A stretch of DNA of 64,000 nucleotides from Leucoraja ocellata (GCA_036785375.1 JAWMAR010000879.1:372001-436000); one strand, 5' to 3'. Shown: positions 25,894-39,745, counted from the stretch's first letter. Notes: generated from the letters alone by a model not told the origin. Made by a program: numbers and translations.

Positions 25894-26018
25894 AACCCAA
25901 AATGAGGGCCCGTTTGCTGTACGATTCCATGACTCTATGAGTTACTGACATGTCATAGACATGTTGGTAACTCTTAGAGTCATGGAATCATACAGTAAAT
26001 GGGCCCTCATTCTGGGTT
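25894..26018. repeat. Near-perfect 125-bp palindrome (61-bp arms, 3-nt loop)
   Basis: 25894-25954 is the reverse complement of 25958-26018 with 7 differences. Confidence 0.92.
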
Positions 26019-27364
26019 TCAATGTGTGTCCCTCTAAAGGCTGCATTGCTGACTCCAAGTGGATCCAAGGCAAGGATGAGATTCAATAAATTGATCTACT
26101 TGGTAATTCTACTACTTGTGTATCTTGGGTCCTTACTGAAGGGGCAGCACTGAAACGCTATTTCAGAGGATATTGATGCCACTTACAACAAAAAAATTCC
26201 ACATAACTGCTATAACTACCACTCAGTAAATACAACCTTGCAATGAGGGACCGAGCTTCCCTCCTCCAACAATGGCTCCTTTGACAAACAGGATCTTGCT
26301 TAATGGGAGGAGCTTATGCCTTAAAGCTACAGTGATGACAGACTCTAAAAATCAGATGGTATTTGAGGTTTTTACCCAACTCTTGCCCATAATTGTGTCA
26401 CATTCCCTTGGAAATTCAGGGTCTAGGTATTCTGCTTTCAAACCCTTTTTAAAAATTTGGTTCAAATTTTATCTCAGTTACTCAACCTTAATCCTTTTGG
26501 TTTAATATTCAATTTCATATGAAATAACTCTTAAAGCCAGCATTTGAATATCCATTAACAACCCCAGATAACACTGTTTATCTTAGAACTAAACATTTGA
26601 AAGTAAACTCAGATGAACCATAGCATTGCACCACCTCAGGTAACACGTTTCCTTTCTAGCTTTCTAACTGGCAAAACGTTTTCTTTGACTCCTAGATATT
26701 TGGTATAAATTGTGAAACAAATTCCTTAAAAACTGACTTGGATTATTACAATTCTATGGGAAAATAGGGACAAAGCTCTCACATTTGTACATTTTTAATA
26801 CAATTTATTCAATGAGACTGGGAGATCACTGAACTTGTTTCAATTATTCATTCTGATCTGCACTTTGCATGATTTGCGGGTTATTTTAGTCATAGATATA
26901 TGGATTTCGTGTCAAATTTAGGTGTAGAATTGTGCTACGTTTTAGTAGCAGCAAAACTCAGTCCCTAACATTATAAACAGCAAATTATTTTCCATTTACT
27001 GTACTTTAATAAAATAAGTTTTCAAAGAAAATCAAAAATACACCTTTTCATAATGCCCTTATACTCATGCATAGCAGTGTCCAAGGAACATTACTTAAAT
27101 GTATGGAGAGGCTCAAACAAAACGAGAACATTTAATCTCTAATCAACTTTCCTGCAGTTGCTGCAACATAGTGTTATTGCAAGGCTTGGGCACTGACCAA
27201 GAGGTCTCTATTTTAAGGAATACTTTTCATAAAGCTGGCGAAGATGGATGCTTTACATTTAATTGCGCCAGGCAACTTTACCTGCCACTTGCATTTGTTC
27301 CCTGCCCCACTCTTTGTTAATGTCACAGCTCTTTCAAACTAGTTCAACACCATGGCTCCATGGT

Positions 27365-27392
27365 CTGAAGAAGGGTCTCGACCCGAAACGTC
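27365..27392 (+). ncRNA. Minimal hammerhead ribozyme motif (consensus copy)
   Basis: CTGAAGA-A-GGGTCTCGACCC-GAAAC-GTC. Helix I possible from upstream GGT pairing with downstream ACC. Confidence 0.65.
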
Positions 27393-29289
27393 ACCCATTC
27401 CTTCTCTCCAATGAGTGGCTGCTGTCAAAAGCTTTTTCATTTGTTTGTCATTCTGACAATTTAAAGAAAAGGTTTATACGGATTCAACTCATTAACAAAA
27501 TGGAAATTACGAAATAATGAAAAACTTTAAGTCAGTTAAACCCGCATAAAAGAGAAGGAAACAAAATGCCAACCTAAAAACTTTCTAATGAATATTTGAA
27601 GTTCTGGGTTATTATTTCATACTTGGCATCAGCTTAAAGCATCTGCCCCTGCAGATCATCATAATTCTGAACTTACACTGGATACTCTGACATACATCGA
27701 ATGTATCTCCAATGTCCTCTTTACAGATGCAAAAATATGAATGCATTTAATATTGGAAGGTGTACAGGCAGCAGTTCCCTGCAGAAATGTATCCGGCATC
27801 ATAGCTCAATCCAGCCCTGTGTTATTGTGCATTGTAAGTGGGTTTGCCAATTATCACCTATGTACACTGCTGCAAGAAACATTTCAGATGGGATTTTCAG
27901 CTGCAACGAAATGTGGCATAAATTTAGCATTGTTCTCTTGACCCGGTTTGATACTCTAGGGTAAAGCAAATTTGCAAGGCTCCACACAGGCATCCATTGG
28001 CAATGGCAGGGATAATTTTCACCTCTTCCGATTGGCTGAACAGCCCCATTGACACTTCTGCTGACATAAATGGGGATTTGCTGTGTTCTCATAAGAGGTG
28101 TGAGAGGCGCTCCACCAATTCAGCCCTCAAGTTTTGAGGTAGATCGTTAAGTTCTCACATCGTGGAGAAGGAACATGGTGGCATCAGGTCTTGGGTTGCC
28201 AGTTGTCCTCGAACCTTATTCTTGGGGTTTCAATATATAACCACTTTACTGCATTACAGGCAAACGGCCATCAAAGTAAATTAAAAAACACACATTTTTA
28301 CCATCCCCCTATAGTTGATCCAGAGCACAACTCTTCGATTCACAGAGACTTGGGAGCACCACTGGACGGTTCATGATTTTAATTAACTTCACCACACCTG
28401 CTACAGCATAGTGTGACTGGTAACTTGTGTAGGAGAGAACTGTAGATGCTGGTTTAAATCGAAGGTAGACACATAATGTTGGAGTAACTCAGCGGGACAG
28501 GCAGCATCTCTGGAGAGAAGAAATGGGTGCCATTTTGGTTCGAGACCCTTGTTCAGACTGGCAACTTTATGGATTAACCAAGTGGACCATATTTTATGGA
28601 ATATATTTCAGTAAGCAGAAGCAGAAGAATACCCCGCAATCAATTGCACCAAGCATTTTCAAGTTCCCTCTCTTTCTTGCCATGTCAAATTTCCAGCATG
28701 GCTAGGGCACACCTAATAAGAAACACATGTGATGGCATTTGCTTCCACTTTTATATATGCCTGTGTATTTTATTGCCCCAGAGGTGGACAAGTCCCAGAT
28801 GAGACAAGGCCTGTGGGCAGGCAAAATAATGGTTCCCGGCCTGATTTTACGCTTTGCCTGATGAAGCTATGCCAGGGATTGTTTCACAAAGTACAATTTG
28901 TTCCCTTTGGTTTTAGCTTTGCCTACCAAAGAACAAATTTGTCTATGGGTGCAATTGTCGTACTGAATTTCAGCACCATTTATTATATTGGAGGTGGACA
29001 TCAACAATGAAGAACATTGCCTACCCATTCATGGCCTGTGGTAACTTCAAGTGATATCGCATTAGGACTGGCTAAGAATAGGAAAAAAGTTAGATTGCTG
29101 GACAGTAGCCTGGTCATCGAAGAGTGCAGAATCAGCTATTTTCAGAAAAGGCAGAAGTCAGAAGAGCTACAATTCAGAAGAATGTGTGAAAGTAACTAAC
29201 AGAAAGTAACTTCGTTATTCATAGTTTGTTCCAAATTTGGCTAACTTTTTTTAGGTGGGCTGATATCTCTCTGTAGAACATCGGATGAT

Positions 29290-31205
29290 CCAGAAACCAG
29301 GATGTTGTTTACCTAGATTTTCAGAAAGCCTGTGATAAGGTGCCACGTGTGAGACTGCTAAGGAAAATGAGAGCCCATGGGCCGATACTAGCACGGATAG
29401 CAGGTTGGCTGGATAGCAGGAGGCAACGAGTGGTAATAAAGGGGGCTTTTTCCTGGTTGACTGCCAGTGACTAGCGGAGTTCCTCAGGGGTCGGTGCTGG
29501 GGCCTGTCATCGGTGGTGGGGAAGATGATGGAGTCAATTATTAAAGAAGTAATAATGGTGCATTTGTATAGCAGTAAAAGGATTGGTCCGTCATACTTGA
29601 CTAACCTTCTGGAAATTTTTGAGGATGTGACAAGTAAAATGGATGAAGGAGAGCCAGTGGATGAAGTGTATCTGGATTTTCAGAAAGCCTTTAATAAGGT
29701 CCCACACAGGAGATTAGTGGGAAAAATTAGAGCACATCGTATTGGGAGTAGGGTATTGACATGGATTGAGAATTGGTTGGCAGACAGGAAACAAAGAGTA
29801 GGAATAAATTGGTCCCTGTCAGAATGGCAGGCAGTGGCGAATGGAGTGCCGCAAGGCTCAGTGCTGGGGCCGCAACTATTTACAATATATATTAATGATT
29901 TAGATGATGGAATTAAAAGTAACACCAGCAAATTTGTAGATGATACAAAGCTGGGTGGCGGTGTGAACTGTGAAGAGGATAATAGGAGGTTGCAGGGTGA
30001 CGAACAGGTTGAGTGAGTGGGCAGATGCATGGCAAATGCAGTATAATGTAGATAAATGTGTGGTTATGCACTTTGGCGGCAAGAACAAGGAGGCAGATTA
30101 TTATCTCAATGGTGTCAGATTAGGAAATAGGGCAATGAGACCTGGGTGTCCTTGTAGGTACAGCAGACCGTGAGGAAATCTAATGGCATGTTGGCCTTCA
30201 TAACACACCATTTGAGTATAGGAGAAAAGAGGTCCTTCTGGAGTTGTACAGGGCCCTGGTGAGACCACATCTGGAGTTCTTTGTACAGTTTTGGTCAAAT
30301 TTGAGGGAGGAAGTTTGAAGATGATACGAACATAGGTGGAGAGACAGGTAGTGTAGAGAAAGCAGGGACTCTGCAGAAGGACTTTGACAGGTTGGGAGAG
30401 TGGGCAAAAAAATAAGCAGATGGAATATAGTGCAGCAAAGTGTGGGGTCATGCAATTTGGTAGTAGGAATAAAGATGTAGACTATTTTCTAAATGGGGAG
30501 AGAATCCAGAAATCAGAGGTGCAAAGGTGCTGGTGCAAGAATCCCAAAAAGTTAATTTGCAAATTGAATCGATAGTAAGGAAGTCAAACGCAATGCTAGC
30601 ATTTATTTAAAATGCGCTAGAATACAAAAACAGGGATGTAAGGCGTTGGTCAGGCCGCATTTGGAGTATGGTGAGAAATTTTGGGCATCATATCTGAGGA
30701 AGGATGTGTTGGCTCTGTAGAGGGACCAGAGGAGGTTTACACGAATGATCCCAGGAATGAATGGGTTAACATATGATGAGCGTTTGACGGCATTGGGCTT
30801 GTACTCGCTGGAGTTTAGAAAGATGAGGGGAACCCTCTTGAAACGTACCAAATAGTGAAAGGCTTGGATAGAGTGGATGTGGAGAGGATGTTTCCACATA
30901 GTGGAAGAGTCTAAGACTATAGGTCATAGCCTCAGAATTAAAGGATGTTCTTTTAAGGAGATAAGGAGGAATTTCTTTAGTCAGAGAGTGGTGATTCTGC
31001 GGAATGTTTTGACACAGAACACTGTGGATGCTAACTCACTGGATATTTTTAAAGCAGATAGATAGATTCTTGATTATTACGGGTGTCAGGGGTTATGGGG
31101 AGAAGGCAGGAGAATGGGGTTATGAAGGAGAGATAGATCAGCCATGATTGAATGGCGTAGATGATGGACCGAATGGCCTAATTCTGCTCCTATCACTTAT
31201 GACCA
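29290..31205 (+). mobile_element. Composite of at least three CR1 LINE fragments
   Basis: LDFQKA...GVPQGSVLG occurs twice (about 29312-29500 and about 29670-29870). Also FVDDTKLGG and two successive WQM-Y..KC.VM-FG segments. A 3' tail is present at about 31200. Confidence 0.88.
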
Positions 31206-31894
31206 TGATTCCACATAGTTTACATACTTTCCATGCAGGGATTTGCAAGCCTTGAATTCCATGCCATCTTGGAATACACCATAGAGCTCTATGGATCTTC
31301 CAGAGGAAGGTGCCCAAGCAAACAACATCTTGCTGTGTGTTCACAAAGACACTCCCTCCCACCATCTCAATGGTTTCTCTGGAATTAATCATTTAGCTTT
31401 TGTACCAAAACTGCAGCTCTTTTATAGAACACGGAACAGTAAAATACTGGAGCCTTTGGTGCACTAAGTCCATGCCAAACATGATGCCAAGATAAATTAA
31501 TATTGTTTGCCTGCATTTGATGCACATCGCTCCATTTCCGACATATCCATGTGCCTTTCTAAAAGCCTCTCAAATGAAGCTATTGTATCTGCCTCCACTC
31601 CTATCCCTGGCAGCACGTTCAGGACACCCACCTTTCTCTGTGTAAAAACCTGGCCCGCACATCTCCTTCAAACTTTGCCCCTCTCACTGTAAGCCAAGAC
31701 TCCCAGGTATTTGATATTTCGATCTGGGGGAAAAGGTTCTCACTGTGTCCTCTATCTATGTTACTCATAATGTTATATACTTCTATCATCCTTCAATCTC
31801 TGACACTCCAAAGGAAACAATCCAAGTTTGTTTAACCTCTCCTTATAGGTAATACCCTCATAAGACATGAAATTAACTTGTTTATCCCATGGCT

Positions 31895-32645
31895 CGGATG
31901 CCAGCTCTCTTGCCCCTGAATAAGATGCTGGTGTGGAAACTTGAGTATTACACTCGCCTGATACTCCAGTGCAATATTGAGGGAGTGCAGCACTGACAGA
32001 GATGTTGCTTTCAGATGGTTTAGGTTTAGGTTTACAATGGTTTAGGTACAATGCAAAGCTTTGTTTTCACGTTCACAAGTTGTAGGAGTAGAATTAGGCC
32101 ATTCAGCCCATCGAGTCCACACCGCCATTCAATCATGGCTGATCTCTGCCTCCTAATCCCATTTTCCTGCCCTCTCCCCATGACCCTTGACACCTGTTCT
32201 AATCAAGAATGCATGCAATCCAATCAGATCAGATAATACTATACATAAATACAATCAAGTAAAACTCATGTACAATAGATAGAGCAAAGTGCGAGATATA
32301 GAGCGTGGATCAGAGTTCTCAGCATTGTAGTGCATCACTTCCATAGATGGAATGTCAAGCCAAGGCCAAGTCACTGTCTAGGGTGGATCTAAAAAATCCC
32401 GTGATATTATTTTGCAGAAGAGAAGTGCCTCATGTCTTTGCTGACATTATCTAATATCTGTTAGCAGTTTTTTCAAATAGTTTCTGGCAGCCCCCTATTT
32501 GTGAATTTGGCTATCTAATTTCTCGCTAGGCATGATAAATATTTATCTAACAATTGTCTTCATTGGATTAACATGAGAGAATAACTATAAAGTGTTTGGA
32601 GCACAACCTGAAATCACTAAAGGAACTATAAAATGTGTGCATTCT
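31895..32645 (+). mobile_element. Ancient Deu-domain SINE, interrupted by younger inserts
   Basis: CTGATACTCCAGTGCAATATTGAGGGAGTGCAGCACTG...CTTTCAGATG, resuming at about 32360 with GGTGGATCTAAAAAATCCC. Similarity is from recall. Confidence 0.5.
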
Positions 32646-33049
32646 TTTCTGTTCCTTTCCCCACTGTTGCAATAGCTCCATTATTGTCCTTCAGAGTTAA
32701 GATGATAAATGTTTGCAGGATGTTTAATGCTAACAATTCCTAATTTGAACTTGACATTTATTTTAATTCAGACCAAATTTCTTCCTAGGTCAAATAATTA
32801 GCAACCCTTACATACATCAAATGGTGGTTTAGATATTCTGAAGAAATTGTTCCACTGCAATGTCATAAATGTTTGCATTATAAATAATCATCCCTCTTGT
32901 TTACTAATTAACATTCCATTCCATGTGTGATGGCTTCACAGTGAATCTTAAATGCTCTAGTTAACATTCTAGTAAGATTATAAACTTTAAAAAAGTTATG
33001 CAAGTTTTCCACGTAACCTACTTGAACCATGTCCACCATCCAATGAGAT

Positions 33050-33280
33050 GTCCACGCTGACCAGCAATCCCCGCATATTAACACTATCCTACACCCACTA
33101 GGGACAAGTTTTACATTTATCAAGCCAATTAACCTACAAACCTGTGGGAGGAAACCGAAGATCTCGGAGAAAACACAGGGAGAACGTACGGACAGCACCC
33201 GTAATCGGGATCGAACCCGGGTCTCCGGCGCTGCATTCGCTGTAAGGCAGCGACTCTACCGCTGCGCCACCATGACTGCC
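33050..33280 (-). mobile_element. HE1-like tRNA SINE
   Basis: A box TGGCGCAGCGG and B box GGGTTCGATCC on the minus strand. Homologous to 2617-2911. Confidence 0.8.
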
Positions 33281-34529
33281 TATGAGTGCCTAACCTTTTG
33301 GCCAATGCACTATTTCCCCTTAAATCCAACCTTGTCTCTGAGCAGCGGCAGTCCAGTGAATTGGAAAATTCAGGAGTTTTACAACCCCATGTGTTAATCA
33401 AGTTCTTCCGCTTCAATCCTGAAGAGCCATCTACTCGCTAAATATTGGATTCTCCATCAAAAGCATTCAGCATTTATTCTGTCAATAGCTCTCAATGCCT
33501 GAAATATAAAAACATGCTGGAAAGGCTCAGCAAGTCAGTCTGGATCCACAGAAAGGGAAAAAGGATAATTGTTGTTTCTGGTCAATGATCTTTCATCAGG
33601 TTTGGGAGAAGTTAGAAATCAAACATATTTTAAGTTGCAGAGAGTGAGAGGAATGGATGAAAGTTTGTGATAGGATGATAATCAGGAGTGAGAGAATGAC
33701 ATTTGATGATGTTGTTGGCTGTGAGATGGTGGTAAAATGTAGGAAGGAAGTGTAGATGCTGGTTTAAACTGAAGATAGACACAAAAGGCTGGAGTAACTC
33801 AGTGGGTCAGGCAGCATCTCTGGAGACAAGGAATAGGAAGGGTGTCGCCCCGAAACGTCACCTATTCCTTTTCTCCAGGAATGCTGTCTGACCCACTGAG
33901 TTACTCCAGCTTTTTGTGTTTATCAGAGGGTGGTAAAGGCTTGTTATCCTGTCTGTCGGAATTATAATTAAGAAGCGAATCATGAAAATAGAGAAAACAA
34001 TACGACAAAACACAAGAGGTTCGAAATCTATAATGAAGCTGCGAATTCTGGAAAATCAATGTGATCAGGCAACATTTGGGGAACAAAATAACTGAAGCAA
34101 ATAGGATCAGGAGAAGGCCACTTGGCCCATCTAGCCGACCCCACCATTCAATATAATCATGATTAATCTCAAGCTTCTTCTGTGCTGGTCCCACATATAT
34201 CACCATCCTTCTAGCTTGTGACTATATCTCTTCGTTCAAGACTCTCACAGTAATGACAACATCTCAGCATCTACCCTGTTGCATCCAATTGCCATTTGGG
34301 TAATCAGACCAAGGTAGGATAACCAGATGGACACCCATCATTGTGGCAAAGCTTGTGTGTCATAATGGGCTACATGGTGATTTCAGGCAGTATAACTGAC
34401 AGCAACATGGCTCTTCACGATGAGTTTCATGCATTCTATGCTCGCTTTGGTTAGAAGGTCTGTGAAATGATGCCAGCACCCTGAGCAGCTTTGGATGTGC
34501 CAGAACCCATGATCAGTATATCAGACTAA

Positions 34530-36040
34530 ATGTGTAGGAAGGTAACTGCAGATGCTGGTTTAAACCAAAGATAGACACAAAATGCTGGAGTGACAGGTAG
34601 CATCTCTGGATAGAGGGAATGGGTGACATTTTGGGTTGAGACTAAGGTTGCCAACTTTCTCACTCCCAAATAAGGAACAAACGGTCAAAATAAGGGACAA
34701 ATTCCCAACAGCATTTTGTTGACCGACTCAGCCATGGCTGGGTGAATGATGAGTTGGCCCGGGTGCTGGACTGCATGCAAAGCCCAGCCGGCGGGCCAGC
34801 TCAGGAGTTTCGGCATGGGCTCTGGACTTTGCGCGCGACGTTGCGGTATGCGAAGGTCCGATGGTCAGGCAGCTGGCCGGGCTGCTGACCGACGGGGCCA
34901 CTGGCGAGGTGCTGCTGCTGCACTCCATGGGCTGCACTAGGTCGGAACGGGTGAGGAGGGGCTGGATGCTCCGACCTGACAGCCCCCTCGACCCGATGAG
35001 TAGCAGTCAAATATAGGACTAGGCCGATTCCGTATGGGACAAACCAATTTAGCCCAATATACGGGATGTCCCGGCTAATACGGGACAGTTGGCAAACCTA
35101 GTCGAGACCCTCTTCAGACAAGTCAGGGGAAAGGGAAACAAGAGATATAGACAGTGGTGTAGAGAGAAAGAAAACAAATGAATGAAAGATATGCAAAAAA
35201 GTACTGATGATAAAGGAAACAAGCCATTGTTAGCGGCTTGCTAGGTGAGAACAGGAACCTGGTACAACTTATGTGGGGGAGGGATAGAGAGAGAGAGAGG
35301 GACTGCAGGAGTTACTTGATAGAGAATTCGATATTCATACCATTGGTTTGTAAGGTACCCAAGATAAATATGAGATGCTGATCCTCCAATTTGCCATTAG
35401 CTTCACTCTGACAGGAGGAGGCCTAGGACAGAAGGGTAAGTGTGGGTGGACACAAAAAGCTGGAGTAAGTTAGTGGGACAGGCAGCATCTCTGGAAAGAA
35501 GGAATGGGCAACATTTCTGGTCGACACGCTTCTTCATACTGTCAGTGTGGGAATTGGAAGGGGAATTAAATTGTTTGGCAACCGGGAGATCAGGTAGGTC
35601 CAGGCAGACTGAGCGAAGGTGTTCAGCGAAATGATTGCCCAGTCTATGTTTGGTCTCGCCAATGTATAAGAGTCAACATCTTGAACATAGTAGATGAAGC
35701 TGGAGGAGGTACAAATGAACTTCTGCCTAACCTGAAAGGACTGTCGGGGTCGCTGGACAGAGTTGAAGGAGAAGGTATAGTGACAAGTGTTCCATCTCCT
35801 GCAGTTGCAGGGGAAGGTACCTGGGGAGGGGGTGGTTTGGGTGGGAAGGGATGAGTTAACCAGGGAGTTGTGGAGGGAACAGGCTCTGCAGAAGGTGGAA
35901 AGGGGTGGAGATGGGAAGATGTGATGGGATCCCATTCGAGGTGGCAAAAATGTGTGATGATTATGTGTTGCATGGGATGGCTGATGGGGTGAAAGTTAAG
36001 GACTAGGGGGACTCTGGCCCTGTTGCGACTAGGGGGAGTT
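34530..36040 (-). mobile_element. Penelope-like element 3' part (Cys-rich linker, GIY-YIG endonuclease, pLTR)
   Basis: Minus strand gives PGTFPCNCRRWNTC...FICTSSSFIY, then LLYIGETKHRLGNHFAEHLR, then KLEDQHLIFILGTLQTNGMNIEFS*. The pLTR with hammerhead follows. Probable TSD ATCAGTATATCAGA (34512-34525) / ATCAGTACAGCAGA (36042-36055). Confidence 0.85.
34643..35100. mobile_element. hAT-type MITE
   Basis: TIRs TAAGGTTGCCAACT / AGTTGGCAAACCTA. 8-bp TSD GTTGAGAC (34635-34642) / GTCGAGAC (35101-35108). Confidence 0.85.
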
Positions 36041-37309
36041 CATCAGTACAGCAGATGTCAGGTCTGCCTTCCTGACGGTGAACCCGTGGAAAGCAATTAA
36101 CCCGGATGAAGTTCTCAGCGATATCCTCAGGACCCATGTGGACAAGCTGGCAAGTATATTCTCCCTACTCCTTTCTGAGACTCCGACCCCTTCTTTACTT
36201 GTGCATCCATGACTGCCTTGTGCAAATCGAATTCAATTTACAAATTCGCAGATGACACCACCATTGTGGGCCGAATATCAAATAATGATGAGTCAGAGTA
36301 CAGGAAGGAAATTGAGAACCTTGTGGCCTGGTGTCGAGACAACAACCTTCCTCTCAATGTCAGCAAGACAAAGGAGATAGTGATCGACTCCCAGTTTGCA
36401 TTGATGTCGCCAAATATTGAGATGGATGAAAACTTCAAATTCCTAGGAGAAAATAACACCAACGACTTCTCCTGGACCAAGCTATCACCAAGAAAGCACA
36501 CCAAGCCTCTACCTCCTGAGAATGGCTTAGGAAGTTTGGCATGTCCCTAACAACCCTCACCAACTTCTACAGGTGCACCATAGAAAGCATTTTATCCGGA
36601 TGCATCACCGGTTGGTTTGGGAACAGCTCCATCCAAGACCGCAAGAAATTGCAGCTAATTGTGGACACAGCCCAGACCATCACACAAATCAACCTCTCTT
36701 CCATTGACTCCATTTATACCTCACACTGCCTCGGCGAGGCCAGCAGCATAATCAAGGATGAGTCGCACCCTGGCCACTCCCTCTTCTCCCCCCTCCCATT
36801 GGGCTAAAGGTATTGAAGTGTGAAATCACATACCTCCAGGGACAGTTTCTTCCCAGCTGTTATCAGGCAAATGAACCATCGTACCACAACAGAGAACAGT
36901 GCTGAACTACTATCTACCTCTTTAATGACCCTCGGACTATCTTTGATTGGACTTTACTGGCTTTATCTTGCACTAAGCATTATTCCCTTATCATGTATCT
37001 GTACGATGGCTCATGGATGGCTCGATTGTGATCATGTATTGTCTTTCCGCTGGCTGGTTAGCCGCAACAAAAGCTTTTCACTGTACCTCGGTACACGTGA
37101 CGATAAACTAAACTGAACTGAGCGATGGAGGCAGATAAGATAGTGGCACTTAAGAGACGGGTAGTCACATGGATATTCAGGGTACTAAATGATTTGGATT
37201 ATGTACAGGCAAATTTGAGTTGGTCCGGGCATCATCTTCGGCACAGACATTGTGGGCCGAAGGACCTGTTCTTCTGCTGTCCCATTCTACGTTCTAAATT
37301 CAGGGTAAA

Positions 37310-37667
37310 TTAAAAAGAAATGGTGTTAGGATCTGGTAACGGGGGATGAAAAATACGAAGTTGGTATATCCTTTTTTGCGTGGTCTTCATAATGGAGCTT
37401 TGTTTCTTTTTCTTTTTCTTCTTTTCCATGGTCTATTTCTTAACTTTTAGCCCTAACTCTTTGCTCAATGGGTCTTTCTTTTTGATCACTCTTTCGCAAT
37501 ATCACGACTTTCTCTCACTCTCTTTACTTTCTTTATTTCTCTCTCTTTTTAAAGTTTAAAAAATGAAGTGGTACAATAAATGTAATAAGATATATTTGGC
37601 TTGTACTATTGTAATGTACTGTACTTCTAATAAATAAAATTTAAAAAAAATAATAAATAAATAAAAA
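37310..37667 (+). mobile_element. Poly(A)-tailed retrocopy, probably an L1/Tx1 3'UTR
   Basis: AATAAA followed by an A-rich tail. Perfect 15-bp TSD TAAATTCAGGGTAAA (37295-37309 and 37668-37682). Confidence 0.75.
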
Positions 37668-39145
37668 TAAATTCAGGGTAAAAGAACAAGTTAATTCCCA
37701 TAAATGATTTTTAGGGCACAATATATGTAGTATTTACATCCTGGATTTAGTAGTTACTTCGTGGAGGCAGCCGAGATAAATCTAGTATTACACTGCTGCA
37801 TTTTGCAAAGATTTTGTTATATATGATTTTCCTCCAAATTGATGCCATTACAACAGCATGGTATAACTTTCACAATTAAAAAATAACTTTTGTGAAATTC
37901 TCTCTGCGTCAGTGAGTTCTTACTTTCATGAAAAGAGCAGAGACATAAAATAAACTGCTAACCCTTTTGAAGATTTCTTCATAAACCTTCAAAGATTTTA
38001 TTCATTGTCTGTTGCCTTCAAATATTACAAGCTGGATTCACAGAGAATGTCAGTCTTTTTTTCTCCAACCACATCACATCTGAGCAAGGCGATAAAAATG
38101 CCACTCTTCCTCTTTAACATGGTGGAAAGAAGTTATGAATTGACTGCAGTTTTCAAAGGGTCAGACAAATACAGAGTCTCCACAGACAATTCATCTGGTC
38201 TGAACACAATCCAAACATTCTGAAGTATAATCAACTACCACGGCACAATCAGATTATTCTTTGTTGCAAGAGTATAGCAGCTGATCTGATTAATTGCTTG
38301 CTGCTGTACTCTGGGATTTGAATGAATGAAGTGTGAATTGCTGAGGAGAGCTCAGAAGCAGTTGCCAGTCACTAACACTTTCCGCATGTTGGCAGATATG
38401 GAATTGTGGTCTGAAACCTTAACCCTCGGAGGGCTTTGGTTGGGTGAGGCGCCAAGCTGTCCATGTGTCTAGAATTTTTTCACCATGTCAAAATATTTAG
38501 ACTCATTCTTCATTTGTCTTTTTGTAAAGGGACAGTATTCTCTTTGTAGAACAACAGAGGCTACAATTGATAAGAAACAGAACATGACAACCCTCTTTAA
38601 AATAAAGATAAAGGCCAACCAAATGCAGACCAATTATCAAGAAAACTACAGAGTAGAGAATCTTATTAACAAGATAAAACTTTCTAAGTTGAAGGGAGTC
38701 ATAATCAAACTGTGCAGTGTTTCGATGAGACACATCCGTGTATAAATGTCCACCTTTAGTCACTGAGGCACAAGGAACTGATCAAACTTCAGAGACACTG
38801 CAAGGAAAAGATCATGCGATTCCTACCAAAAGATGGAGAAAATAAATTACTTTTCCAATCTAGAAAATAGGGGTTGGATGGATAAACAGAGTGAGAGTGG
38901 GGGAGGTAGATTCACGGAGGCCAAGGAACCTAGCAAAGGTAGAGATGCAGAGCTCCCACCTAATTTAACTGCAATATTGTGTTACCATCGTCCATCCTTA
39001 CCCAACAGAGGGGTATTCATTTGGGGATGTCAGCAAAGGGAAGAGGTTTTAATGTGGGACTCATGGCTGGGTAGGGGGTTGGGAAATGTCAGTGTCAGAA
39101 TCAATTGTCACGAAGAGAGGAAGTGAGAGGGAATCATTGGGGGTT

Positions 39146-39557
39146 AGACAATAGACAATAGGTGGAGGAGGAGGCCATTTGGCCCTTCGAGCTGGCACCG
39201 CCATTCAACGTGAGCATGGCTGATCATCCCCAATCAGTACTCCATCCTGCCTTCTCCCAATATCCCTTGACTCCGCTATCTTTAAGAGCTCTATCTAACT
39301 CTCTCTTGAAAGCATCCAGAGAACCGGCCTCCACCACGCTCGGTGGCCGAGAATTCCACAGACTCACAACTCTCTGTGTGAAAAAGTATTCTTTCATCTC
39401 CGTTCTAAATAGCTTATCCCTTATTCTTAAACTATGACCCCTGGTTCTGCACTCCCCCCAACATCGGGAACATGTTTTCTGCCTCTAGCGTGTCCAAACC
39501 CTTAATAATCTTATATGTTTCAATAAGACATCCTCTCATCCTTCTAAATTCCAGACT
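39146..39557 (-). mobile_element. CR1 LINE 3' end
   Basis: Homologous to the 3' end of 11795-14190. (AGACAAT)n tail on the + strand. Confidence 0.85.
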
Positions 39558-39745
39558 AGGTTAGCAGTCAAGCCAGCAGGAGGAGAAAGAGAAAGACAGA
39601 GAGTGGGAAAGGCCTGTGGCATCTTCAAAGAGTTGAGGAAGACCTCCTAATCTTCCTGGCCAACAAGCAGCACTATGAATCCAACAACTCCTGCTCCATT
39701 TAACATATTGGTCCTAAATACCAAAACCATACAGCAACTATACAA

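Larger units (their letters stand above)
34270..37115 (+). mobile_element. Rex1/Babar LINE fragment split by a Penelope insertion
   Basis: KFADDTTIVGRISNNDESEYRKEIENLVAWCRDNNLPLNVSKTKE and LTNFYRCTIESILSGCITGWFG, with an (AACTG/AACTA)n tail at about 37105-37120. The left boundary is approximate. Confidence 0.8.
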
